NCBI GenBank assembly: GCA_023920165.1
Contig: CP089280.1
Span: forward strand, 1,364,001 to 1,428,000
Direction: 5' to 3'
Length of the DNA stretch: 64,000 nt
Source of the DNA: Curvularia clavata
Taxonomy: Eukaryota
Positions 23,201-33,713 of the stretch are shown piece after piece. Within the stretch, counting starts at the first letter, position 1, and every line of letters begins with the position of its first letter. The notes below the pieces were generated by a model. The model searched no databases, had not been told where the DNA came from, and was given only the letters and a program-made list of their open reading frames with translations. The position numbers and the translations under genes are program-made.

Positions 23201-23934
23201 TTAGAAGGCGAGCGTTGTGTGACGAGAGACTCATCAGCAAGAGGATCCAGTGTCTGGGCCGACTTTCGTCGCATGAGGAGCGACATTGGCTTTCGCAGGC
23301 TGATTCTGGCTCTTGACTTGTGAGAGGGTGCCACTGTTGTGGGCGTCGAGGAACCCTTGGAGCTGCCTGTGAACTTGTCGCTGATTCCGCTCAACAACGA
23401 GGGCTGGGACTTGGAATACATGGCGTAACTGGGGGAGATGGGTGAAGGTGCTGGCTGGGCAGATGGCTGCGAGGGGGTCTCGGCCAGTGGAGATAGAGCC
23501 GCAGAGGTAGTTGACATGTTGGAGCGCGGAGAGGGCGAGGGGAATTCATGTGAGGCCTGGGGTGGAGAGAGCATGGAGCGGGTTTGGACCATCATGGTGT
23601 TGTTGGTGGTGGTAGCGCTGCCGTCGGTGGTGGCCGAGTGGTGGCTGGGCGTGTACTGGGAGCTGTTTGGCGAGGCCGACTTGTCGAGCTTGGAGGCGAC
23701 GCGAGCAATGGGTGGCAGCTGTGGCGGATAGGGTGATATGGGCGAGGCAGAAGTGAGGCTGACATTGTCGTGGAGGCGCGGCGACGAGAGGTATTCAGTG
23801 CTATGCGACGCTGGCGAGGGGAGTGGGTAAGGGGTGGGGCCTGACGCGGCTTCTGGAGAAGCGATATTCGAGGCATTGCGCTTCGCGTGGCCAGGCCTAA
23901 ACTTGGAGAACATTCCCGAACCGGAGGGCGCCAT
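20248..23934 (-). CDS. Large intronless Ser/Pro/Asp-rich, probably disordered protein
   Basis: 1228-aa open frame. Conserved-looking islands: IRGKIVHDF, EPNLTPITERSEYSTRNSF, and C-terminal RWVLERRRTAESGELELIGR. Function unknown. Confidence 0.8.
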   Translation of the reverse strand: MAPSGSGMFSKFRPGHAKRNASNIASPEAASGPTPYPLPSPASHSTEYLSSPRLHDNVSLTSASPISPYPPQLPPIARVASKLDKSASPNSSQYTPSHHSATTDGSATTTNNTMMVQTRSMLSPPQASHEFPSPSPRSNMSTTSAALSPLAETPSQPSAQPAPSPISPSYAMYSKSQPSLLSGISDKFTGSSKGSSTPTTVAPSHKSRARISLRKPMSLLMRRKSAQTLDPLADESLVTQRSPSNLPPMPDNYDPSIRGKIVHDFNAPRLNRNYSYNTSSEGGEVQPEVARASPPKIDREHTPVFREHFDDDTSYEQSQAAIRAENLANKDFLARNSAHFPLPEQSPLPPMPPKTSPSLSPTQLPPQIPPPKSSPPPRPSFQAIDGANSLLSPVQESEDPSDISTDVTPRKKKSTKTMPPARSRAASVTDPNLQSDGPPARYSSKASRFSFQISGGTDSAQEKLLEERHKAKEAEKKQARLSTNSVEDDYDEYGMDDYDDMDGGFDEEIPMLGEDDDFSGGLGNQTLDSGINGLEFSSLSIQPNMNPMNYALGQMPIPVDMNGNPIGLAIPGNMFQQYQMPYMGNQIGEENVTDTQTHGLGLSNTQGELDDSSPVKSTDAPTEAAPAGSNQPVSSRIDLDDDDDMYFDDGLIGDQDDVGPTEFDESIFDDPDGPLFDRKVKLPTDGQSAIHQPRPYDILNSETGYEADDDAVSQNLDKSNPSLAHKNSIVQQMAGPTFGDLTAYHSALADAAIRAEAAGRFDRKASVDAGQPPSDPEGPSSDSQSRPSLVPDDGRFSMDTVSFPQDDDIYGMSSGFVDDYDYSDFDSALEDDPIIAAANAEALAYDDEGFYGQEFGFYASAVGESPSAWGGFFGPSGVGRTVSGRNAVREPNLTPITERSEYSTRNSFISLNQFRDGQSAITSPALAQLARMSPYGGFFGQDEEDMSMDSLLKLRKGAFGGSAASLPASVSNSPRTSSPMGMQFVPRATTPAGNRMMEHSSSPVENPYFPKNQHNSSSDESPVDAVNGAYESGHSSDDSPSGGERLEGPQVNNDYNGLPSPGMYAAGNEAPLLPPISELFAQHNLSMAMSPTGLSVTSPSNIALPMSPFPMALSSPFPTQNYNRPPNLPPIDTALSSPTAPASSTPGARRPSAVLSPVSTSSPLTPNGGSSGGWNRGHSRKGSSADSVTYVREHDEAGEGRWVLERRRTAESGELELIGRKIVEGGRI

Positions 23935-24684
23935 CTCTTGTGTGTTTTGTGTCGCCGCACGGCCGCTGGCGCGTTACCCCTCTGCGGAGGAGAGGAAGAG
24001 TGGGAAAAGACGCGCGTAGTTGAGAGCGAGAGGAGACTAGTCGTTTGCAAGATTCGTAAGCCTCTCAGCGAGGCAGGGCAGCAAAGCACACCATGCTCCG
24101 GTGGTGGGGGATAAAAAGTTGGTGGTGGTGGAGAGGGTCACTGGGGATGCACAAGACACGGGCGGCCGGGGGGGTCAAGGGCGCAAGAGGCAGGCGCGAG
24201 GGGCGTCAATGGCAGCGGCGACCGAGGCGACCAGGCTGGCGGGCAGGCGCAGGACAGGGCAGGACGTCGAGAGCAGAGTCGTGGGAAAAGGGAGCCGAGT
24301 GTTGCTTGTTGACTTGCTGACCCCAAACGTTTCCCAAGATTCATGCGCCGCCCACTAGCAGGGGACCACCCGCACCACGACTCCCCACGCCCACTCTTGC
24401 AACGCTCTTGCAACGGCTGCGACGTACGCCCTGTTCGATCGGTGCGATCCACACACAGCTGCTCGGCTCCACATGCTCGCTGGGCTGTCGCCGTCGTCGT
24501 CGTCTTCTTTTCGGCCGGCCTGCCACCAACATCATTCGTCAATGTCAATCTTGTGCACCACCAACAAAGGATACGAAGACCCTGATGACGTTCGACATGG
24601 TTGCTTATTCATTCAACTATAGGACCACACATGATATCAGCCTATCCTATCCTATTCCCCTCGCCTCGCCTCCCCTTTTCTTCC

Positions 24685-26526
24685 TCAAACAATCCGCTTT
24701 CCAGCCTGGGCCTTCCTTGGTCGCCAGAGCCGCTTGACCAAGTCTCGCTTCCTCAGCTCCTCGACCGGGTCGGGTCCATTCAGCGTCGTGTTGTATGTCG
24801 CGTTGGCTGGAGTCACGTGCATTTGGATCGTCGCGTTACCCTCGCGGTAGTCGCTCGTTGGCGTGCCTACCGTCCGGTAGTCGGCACTAAGCTTCTTCTT
24901 TCCCGTCGCGACATCGACGCGCTTAAGCGCTCGCTCAAACATCTCGAGCGACACAAGGGGCTGGTAAAAGGGCACCTCGTGGCCCGACTCGTAGATGCGC
25001 ACAAATGAAAACAGCCCAGACTGCTTCACCTGTCCGTGCACAATGCTGTCACTTGTGCTGATGTTAGTAAAGCCGGCTTTCGAGTATCCCTTGGCCTTGA
25101 TCTGGTCCGCCACTACCTGGCCACCCAGCCAGTTGCAATTGTAGTCGCTGCTCAACACATTAGTACATCCCATCTGCTTCAACCGGAACAGTGTTCCAAA
25201 CTTACGCGTCTCCGTAGTACAGCATAACCTGAACGCCTGCAGCAAGCAGCTTCTGGCACGCCTCAATCGTGCCCGACTCCCGACCATCATCGCCCGTGTT
25301 ACCAAATGCAGCGCCCACCGTGCCGGAGCTGGTGGAAAAGTTCTGGAAAGCTCCAATCGCCTTCTGCACCTCGGGCAAGTTGAGGTAGCTCTCAAAGTAC
25401 GAGTACGGAAATGGATCCGGCATCAGCTCCCGCATATCATATTCGTCCCGGTTGCTGTAGATGTCATACAGGTTCTCCACCTTGTTAGCACAGAACTGAT
25501 CTGCGCTCGCGCATACAGAGTTGCCTCCCTCCTTGTAGCACTGCTTGATGCGGTCAACGCAGTTGCCAGGACCATACAAATTGTTGAACCATTCGTCCTT
25601 GACCGTCTGGTTGTACGGATCAAAGTCATATGTGTTGCCGGGATACACGCTGAAGTTGTAATAAGCTTGGTACTGGACTAGCGGGTCAAACCATCCGTTG
25701 CCAATCAGCACGTTCTCTAGCTCAATCTTATGCGCACCAGGAATCTTTTTCGCATTCTGGTCCAGGAAGTAGGCGTTGAACACCGGCGCATAGTGTCCAC
25801 CATAGCTCTCGGTCGCAAAGTTGACGCCGTGGCGCGCGTACTCGGGGAATGCACCCATGAATCCTTGTAGCGTCTTCCACATGTTGGGCGCCGCTCCTTG
25901 GGTAGTGTTGGCCGTTAGACTAAGATCCGGCTTCGAATAGGTACCGCAAGTTCCGTATGTTGCCGCATAGTCTGGGCATGTCGCGTTTGGCAGTTCAATG
26001 ATGTAGTTTCCGTCATTGTAGCCGGGGATGGGAATTGAGTATGAAAGACCCACTTGCGTAGGTTCGTCGATGAAAAGCATATTGCTAACGTTCGACCACG
26101 AGTACGGGTTGTCATACGGCTTCATATCCGGTCCCACACCGCAGGGTCCCAATTCCTGGAACAGCCCGATCATGGAACTCGATCCAGGCCCTCCATTGAT
26201 CCAAATCTGCGCAATCAAAATGTTAAACCAGGACTCGATGCGTACATTCAAAATAAACTTACTGTCAAAGGCGCGTCCTTGGGGTCCTGATTGCGTGCCT
26301 CAAAGAACCACCAGAAAATATGCTGATTTTCTCCAACATCCGCGTACCCTGAATAACTCTTCACTTTCGGGTTCATTTCGCAAATACCAGGCGGCACCTG
26401 CTTATACCGTACGCTGACATTTGCATAACCCTCCTTCGTTATCAGGTCCGTAGGCGCAGGAACAAATTGTCCCAGCACACCCGCTGCCAGTAAAGGCGCG
26501 GCCAGCAACTGAGTTACCCTCTTCAT
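24685..26526 (-). CDS. Secreted serine carboxypeptidase (peptidase S10)
   Basis: Signal peptide MKRVTQLLAAPLLAAGVLG. Motifs WINGGPGSSS, TESYGGHY (catalytic Ser), GDADYNCN and SGHEVPFYQP. Introns 26262-26207 and 25205-25148. Confidence 0.93.
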
Positions 26527-27665
26527 TGCGACGATTGTGCGTTGGCGGATGGCTGTAATGAACTCCATGTCAGCATGTATGTCCAAACAAAAATCACAAA
26601 TCACTCTCATACCTCCTAAATGCCTTCCAAATGTCTCACCGCAGTCACTGGAGAAAAGCCAAGAGCCCGACAACAACACAAAGCAGCGACACAAGAGGGA
26701 GGAGCACCCTTACATACATATATTCTCGCCGCCACAATCGCCCATCTAAGTCCGGCCCTATGCACGCCCCCCGTATCCCCTCACTCTCACCTTCTCGTGT
26801 CGGTTAATTCACTTGCTTATCATCGTACCAGGCTCACCCGAACGGGCCCTCTAGCAGTTAGCCCGCCTTATGGACTATGTATGGCCTAATTATCATCCCT
26901 CGCGTCATTTATTTCAGAACCTTAGCTATCTGCCCTAAAAACCGGTCCGTCCGGATGTTTAAATGATCGGCGTAGCAGAAGTGGTCCGAAAACGTCGTGG
27001 GCTACATGGATTTGACCCATCACTCAGACTTTCTTAACCGCAAAAGAAAAATTGAGGCTTACACCATGTCGTCTACCTCCCCAAACTTTGGAAGAGGAAA
27101 AAAAAACGTTCCAGAGCAACACATCCATCTACCCCGCGTAGCCCTCGCACACAAGCATACGACGCGCAGTGCTTGTGCGAGCTTAACAGCGACGCCATCG
27201 CCGGGATTCAAGCCTAGTCAGGCAGGTAACTTGGATCTATGAACGCCCGTTTAGCCGAGATATGGCCTAGCTAAGTAAAGCTTCGGTTTTATTTGGCCCA
27301 TCCAGCTCACCGTACACAAATGCTGGATGCTGTTATCTGTGTCATGACGTGTGTCTCTACCAGTCCTGCGAATCGCACCATGAGTCCCGGTGTAGTAGAC
27401 ACGGAATTCGGCTGACGTTCGTGCATACAGCCACACACCTTGCACCTTGCACCTAACGCCAACACTAGCCTCATTCAGCACACAATACAATGTCCTTCAT
27501 TTTGAATCACAGTTCATCGTCAAAAGAGCTCTTATTGTCTCTATAACATCGTGGCTATCGTTCAAATCTTTCAGGATCCGTCACTTCGTATGCAGTCGTA
27601 AAATCCTCCCAACGCCTTAAGACTCCATCCCGGGCCGCAATGCCATGCAACTAGCCCTCCGTCGC

Positions 27666-28784
27666 CTATAATACGGTGCCAAAGCCAAAGGTTGTCTTAA
27701 TGCTCCGCACGTAATACTGATCCCAGTTGGTCTTGGTAGGCTCCTCCTGGCCCACGGGTACGCCCTTCCATTCCACTCTCATGACCGTTACCGCGTCAAT
27801 GTCGTTTTGATCAAACCAGATTGACAAGGTCGAGTAGTGTCCGGCGGGCCATTGTGCAAGTCGCCATTTCTGGACGATATGCGTAGGCTCCTCAAGCTCG
27901 GTAAACTCTCCGCTGACGTTTCCGCCAAATAGCTCAAAGGTACCGCCAGGCTTAGCACCTGTGAAATTCTTGGGAGGCGCGCGTGTGAACGCGGCAAGAC
28001 GCTGAGGGTCTGTGAAGGTTTGGAACAGATTGGCAGCGTCTGTCCTAAACTCTGCGCTGTCGGTGATTGTGGTCACATTGACAACTGCGCCAGTGCTGCT
28101 CTTTTGAGAAGTAGTGGCTTCTGACTTGGAGCTACTGGACTTGTTCACGCTCGAACTCGAGTAGACCTTGGCAGGTGTGAAATTGCTGCTTGGGTTGGTT
28201 CCTGGCGCATGCTGGATGTCCTTTGCATGCTCGGCCATGATTGCTGGCGCGAGCTTTGCAAAGACTTTCCTCAGTTGTGGTACGATATCAGAGCGCACGA
28301 GCTCCTTTACGGGCTGTTTGCTGCTGTCATCGGAATAGACGTCTACATCAAACTGTAATCATGGTCAGTAATCAATCCGAAGCCTGACATAGATTGCAGA
28401 TAGGGCCTAAGCGCAGGGAACATACGACATACTCGTCTTCCTCGGTGTCGTGAGCGACTTCCGGGACCGTAATAGTGCCGCTAGCTTCCTCGCCCTCCTT
28501 GTTCTTGCCTGCCGACCGAGTCAGCGCGTCCAAGAGGAGTGCACCTGGGGAAAAGACATACCTGAGTATTCCAACTTCAGCTTGACATCAAAGATGGTGA
28601 TGACCTTGCCCTTGCGCTGGCTCACATCGACGTCTCCGTCCATGCTCACGACCTTGTCGATTTTTGCTGTGACGCCATTCTTCTCTGCTGATATTTGTGC
28701 AAGCTCCTTGTCGAGGTACTCGCGTGTCCAGCCCGAGACATCCTTGTTGACCCAATGCCAGTTGTTAGGGTTGTGGAGCACCAT
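27666..28784 (-). CDS. AHA1: Activator of Hsp90 ATPase
   Basis: N-terminal MVLHNPNNWHWVNKD, VSQRKGKVITIFD, and a C-terminal AHSA1/START-like domain ending TFGFGTVL. Two coding introns. Confidence 0.95.
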
Positions 28785-28884
28785 GGTAGCGAAGTGAACG
28801 TGCGGTCGTTAATGGGCAAATTTTCTGTAAAGTCGTGTCAGCTCTAGCTTCTCCACGCTATTCAAAAGAACAAATTTGTTGGAA

Positions 28885-28984
28885 GATTAATCAGTAGGCG
28901 ACTAAAAAGTCTATGCAGCTGATCCGCATGCAAAGAGTACAAGTCTTCTCAGACTGGTGCCAGCTTGTGTCTCATCATTCAATC
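28885..28984 (-). ncRNA. Intronic box C/D snoRNA (predicted 18S guide, yeast Gm562-equivalent)
   Basis: Box C ATGATGA (28978-28972), D' CTGA (28952-28949), D CTGA (28894-28891), terminal stem GATTGA/TTAATC. The guide GCTGGCACCAG complements 18S CTGGTGCCAGC. Located inside the 5'-UTR intron 29011-28825. Confidence 0.82.
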
Positions 28985-29127
28985 AGAGGTAAAGTACAAG
29001 AAAATACTTACAAATTATGCACGGAGAAGCTGCAGGCAGAACTGAGGGGATTCGAAATAAGAAAATAAACGCGTTTAATTAAAAGGATGGGTTGAGAATG
29101 AGAATTATGTAGAGGGGACAATGAGGC

Positions 29128-29142
29128 AGAAGTTTCTGGAAC
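29128..29142. promoter_or_regulatory. Perfect heat-shock element upstream of AHA1
   Basis: aGAAgtTTCtgGAAc = nGAAnnTTCnnGAAn. Confidence 0.7.
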
Positions 29143-29781
29143 TCATAGCGAACTATGCGCTAAGGTCGGGCCGAGAGAATATCCGCGAATCCTATTGGCT
29201 CGTGCCCCGATCATGGGATGTACGTATCGTGAATCGTAAACTCATCAAGTGGATTTTCTTCTATTTTCCAAGCTATCAGTACCTTCATGCTCTGCAAAAC
29301 ACATATGTACGTGAATTATATGGTCTTTGAATGTTTGGACGACGATCAGGTCAAATCGCGGATATTCCGTCTTGGAGATTGTCTCACGTGTAGCCACAAC
29401 TTTATGTAGATGCTTATGAACCATCGGGCTTGACTATCTTATGCATACAGTCAGTTTATTCCAGATATACGATAGAGAAGCCCTTTGTTCATCGGGATAG
29501 CTTCATCATGGTGCCTGAGTTCTGGCAATCACATCACGATCGTATGGAGGGAAGCCAACCAAAGGTGCGCTCAGCAAACTACTTCTCAAAGTATTTGGTG
29601 GATCTTATGCACCTATTCCAAGAATGATCGGCTCGAATGAAAGCGCCGACGGCCATTGGATCCATTAATAACAATATGATTATTAACAGACGCATTTCAA
29701 TATTTCTCATAGCACCACAACACCTCTTATAAGAAAAGAAGATTGAGAGGAGAAAAGGGTATCATTACTCTGTCAATCTAT

Positions 29782-31449
29782 CTATTCGTCTAACAAGTCC
29801 ATCACCAGCTGCGGAATAATCTGCACACCCTCACCGTTGATCGCGCTAATAGGCACAGCTTGAATGTTGCGCTTCCATGCGTGTTGGCGATTACTAGGAT
29901 GCGGCAGCGTGCCCTTGGCCACTCCTTGCAGATAGCTATGGAGCGACTCAAAGTTAGCTTGCGTGTCTGGCAAGTCCGCCTTTGTTGCAACAACAAACCA
30001 CGGCTTGGAAGAGATGGGTGTGGTGGTGATGAAAGGTAGCGGTTTGGGAGATGGATCCAGTTGCGGAGAGTCGAGAAGGTCGGACGCATCACTGGGCGGT
30101 GGGCTGGTTCCGGCAGGCATGTAGGTTACCATTCGACGCTCCGTTTCCGCATTCAGTTCTTTTCCGCGAAGCGTTTCGTACTCGGATACTTCACGCCAGA
30201 GCAGCTTGAGTGCCTGTACCGCGTCGCCAGCAGACAGGTCGATAACAAATGCAAGGACGGCGGCGCGTTCGATGTGACGCAGGAATCCTAGTCCAAGCCC
30301 TTTGTCCAGATGTGCGTCTTCGATTAGCCCGGGCACATCAGCAATAGTAAAGTTTTCCCGCACTTGACCATCTGACCTGCGCGACTTCACAAGAGGTCGA
30401 CCCTTGTGGTTGTCCAGTACGACGGTGCCGACATTTGGTTGAAGGGTTGTAAAGGCCCAGTTGCCGACACGCGCGCGACTGTTACTCAGAGCCCGGAGAA
30501 GCGTACTCTTGCCGGCATTAGGCAGACCAACAAGGCCCAGATCGGCAAGTATCTTGAGTTCGAGCTGTAGCGACAGCTTCAACCCTTCATCTCCCCGCGT
30601 TGCCATCTTTGGTCGCGAGTTGAAAGGCGTCATAAAGTGCGGGTTGCCCAGACCACCCATGGCGCCAGCGGCTATCAACATTGGCGTCTCCATGTGCTTG
30701 TCTAAATCCAACCACAGGGGCGCTTCGGGCTCGAGAGCAGCGAGGTGCGATCTTCGTGGCGGCGGGAGCTTAGGAAACTTGATCCTGCTCAGCTCTGAGG
30801 CTGCAGTGCCGGGATACACGAGCCATCGATCTCTTCTGTAGCCAGACTCGCCCAATTCCAAGTCGTCGTCTTCTCCGTGCTGCTCCATCTTCCAGTGCTC
30901 CTCTTCCATAATGGCCACAGGGTCATGTCTTTGCAGCTCGCGCACAATGGTTCCCACAGGTACGGTAATCAGGATGTCTGTGCCTCGCTCGCCGCCCTTG
31001 ACTTTGCCCTGGCCATTGCGCCCTCTACCAGCCTTGATCAACCGGCGCCGGGCCAGCTTGTGCAGAGATGTCTCGCCGCGGACGGCCTGTATGTATACGT
31101 TGCCGCCGCTGCCGCCATCACCGCCGTTGGCAGGGCCTTCTTCAATGTACTTTTCGCGTAGGAAGGAAACACATCCATGTCCGCCGCCCCCAGCCTCAAC
31201 TGTGAGAATGCATCGATCGGCAAATGGCGTGAGCGAGTAGTCATCGGGCGTGGGGTCCAGTCGCGAGGAGCGCCCATGTGACGGTGGGTCAGACTGCTCG
31301 GCGGCGGTCGATTTGCATCTTCGCTGTAGTGGACGTGACGAACGAAGCAGCCATCTGTGTGCAAGGGAGACGAGTTGCGCCTGGGGTACGGCGGGGTACA
31401 GAAACGGCGTCAGCGTACCGCTCAAGCAGCTGGATCGAGCGAAAGACAT
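29782..31449 (-). CDS. MTG2: Mitochondrial Obg-family GTPase
   Basis: Gly-rich Obg fold (GGGGHGCVSFLREKY..GPANGGDGGSGG), GLPNAGKS, FTTLQP, DVPGLIE, TKAD, ISA. Likely ATG at 31449. Confidence 0.92.
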   Translation of the reverse strand: MSFARSSCLSGTLTPFLYPAVPQAQLVSLAHRWLLRSSRPLQRRCKSTAAEQSDPPSHGRSSRLDPTPDDYSLTPFADRCILTVEAGGGGHGCVSFLREKYIEEGPANGGDGGSGGNVYIQAVRGETSLHKLARRRLIKAGRGRNGQGKVKGGERGTDILITVPVGTIVRELQRHDPVAIMEEEHWKMEQHGEDDDLELGESGYRRDRWLVYPGTAASELSRIKFPKLPPPRRSHLAALEPEAPLWLDLDKHMETPMLIAAGAMGGLGNPHFMTPFNSRPKMATRGDEGLKLSLQLELKILADLGLVGLPNAGKSTLLRALSNSRARVGNWAFTTLQPNVGTVVLDNHKGRPLVKSRRSDGQVRENFTIADVPGLIEDAHLDKGLGLGFLRHIERAAVLAFVIDLSAGDAVQALKLLWREVSEYETLRGKELNAETERRMVTYMPAGTSPPPSDASDLLDSPQLDPSPKPLPFITTTPISSKPWFVVATKADLPDTQANFESLHSYLQGVAKGTLPHPSNRQHAWKRNIQAVPISAINGEGVQIIPQLVMDLLDE

Positions 31450-31909
31450 GCGTTGGGGGCGTAACAGGATGCGATGTCGTCTCTGCCATTGATTTCTACA
31501 ATACGTCCTGAGACTAGCGAATAGTAGCGGCCCGATGATCTGCGCTTTGCGCCACTTGCGCAGACCCCCTTGGCACATTCGCGAGCTTCTCTACATGCGG
31601 ATATGTTCCAGTTCCAATGCTCCAATCTGAATCAGCTTCATTACCCACTCGACTGTGTGCATTGATAGGTGTCAAGAGACCTTGATGATTTCATCTTAAC
31701 CCTGCATTGATCGCGTACCAGTACTAAACGCGTATCTGCAACTACCTGCATATACACGGGTTTAGTGTATACTGGCGTGATCGGAACACTGTCAACATCT
31801 TCTCTTGTTTCAATCGATCGCGCGGCCTACGTAAAGGATTCAATCGACATAACACCTGACAACTTGCAACTCCGCCCCCAACATCAACGCCGTGCGCGCC
31901 GCCCCCATC

Positions 31910-32975
31910 ATGATCCAATGTGCCGTACTCTGCTTGGCTTCGGTCATACTCCATGTCACCAACCCCGAATGGACAGATTTCGGCACCAAGTTCGGTCAAT
32001 TTAGCAGTCTACTACATTGGTGTCTCAAATGGACGTTGTCCTTGTGGGCTCTGTGCGAGTTGAACTGGACATTGAATCGGTGGGCTGATAGGCGATGGAG
32101 TTTCACTGTTGACAAGAGTGGCTGGGATTGGAAGCGTGAGGTAGCTGTTGTCACCGGAGGTTCGGGAGGTATTGGAGCGGCTATTGTAAAGAAACTTGTT
32201 TCCCACGGCATCAGGGTCGCAGTTCTGGACGTCAATCCCCTCTCAGACGTCTTTACTAAAGGTCAGTTGACATGCATGTACCGTGTTCCCTGCTAACAAG
32301 GGCCTAGATGAGCTCGCCCTTATACGATTCTACAAGTGTGACATCACTTCACCAGACAATATCCATCAGGCTGCAGAGGCTATCCGCTCTGACCTGGGTC
32401 ATCCATCTATCCTCATCAACAATGCTGGCATCGGGAATGCGTGGAACATTCTTGACATTACCCATGAGCGCCTACAAAAGTTGTTCAACATCAATCTCCT
32501 GAGTCACTGGAGCACCGTCCAGGAGTTCCTGCCAGATATGCTTGCCAAGAAAAAGGGTCACATATTGGGCATTGGAAGCCTTTCTGCTTATGTGACATTA
32601 GCAGGTGCCGTCGACTATAGCTGCGCAAAAGCCGGTGTCCAGGCCTTTTACGAGGGATTAACCGCTGAGCTAAAGCATCGGTACAAGTGCCCCCAGATCC
32701 AGTCGTCTTGCATCAACCCGAATTGGACTAAGTCGGCCATAACATCGCACGGAGCAATCTCGGGAGGTCTAAAAAAGATGGGGGCGCGACTGATGGAAAC
32801 CGAGGACGTCGCCGAGGTCGTTGTGAACCAGATCATCTCCGTGAGGAGCGGCCACATAGCTCTTGGCCCATCAATCACCACCAGGTTCAGATCGCTGCCT
32901 ACTTGGTTGCAAGAGGTTGTCCGCGATGACCAAAGCCGCGCCGTCGTTGGCACCGGCTCAACAGGGAAAGGATAG
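31910..32975 (+). CDS. Short-chain dehydrogenase/reductase with N-terminal membrane segment
   Basis: VTGGSGGIG, NNAG, YSCAK. Intron at about 32262-32307. Start codon uncertain. Confidence 0.88.
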
Positions 32976-33713
32976 GCCGATCAGGGTATCTTTCGAGCAT
33001 CCAACAGGGTAGGAATGAGTGGTACATGCCCGGTACGGCACGGAAGGACCCGTTCTACTCACGTGGAGTAGATCCGTCATTGACAACAGGGCATGTTCAA
33101 AACAAGAGTGTAGTGCCGCAATATGGAGTGATCATCGGGTATCGAGCAAAGGATTCAATGAGCGGCACAGTCGTCTTGTGTGCTGCTCTGGTTGTACGAG
33201 GCTGTGCCACTCTGCAAAATCTGGCTAGAAAGTTCAATCGAGCCTCGCATGTGACTGCAACAATGTCAATAGATGTCTTGTACAACTTAATTTAAAATGC
33301 AGCCTCACGATCTAAGTAGCGAACTGAACGTTGATGGAATGCCGAACATGCGAACATGCAGCGCCACAGCCGCACTGTGAGCTAATGTTAGTTGGCGCTG
33401 TGTGTATTCTTGGGCTGGGAATGCGGGCATACGGGACTCCGCCCCAAATTCTTTACAAGGGACCATGCAGGTACGCTGCGCTTATCCCGATTCGGCCCCA
33501 GACAAAGTATTCTAGTAACGAAGGGATTCCGGGCCAGGAATCAGTACCCTCAAGTTGAATAGTCATATGTAACCTCTTTGTTTTCCGGTTTCATCGTTGC
33601 CGCGAGTCGTGTCGTGTCGTGTCATAGGACCGCGCTCGCTGTGTCGCTTTGCCTTGCCTTGCACTTTCCTCATAGTCTTCTTGGTTCAATTGATTTTCTC
33701 GTGCGAGGTTGCG

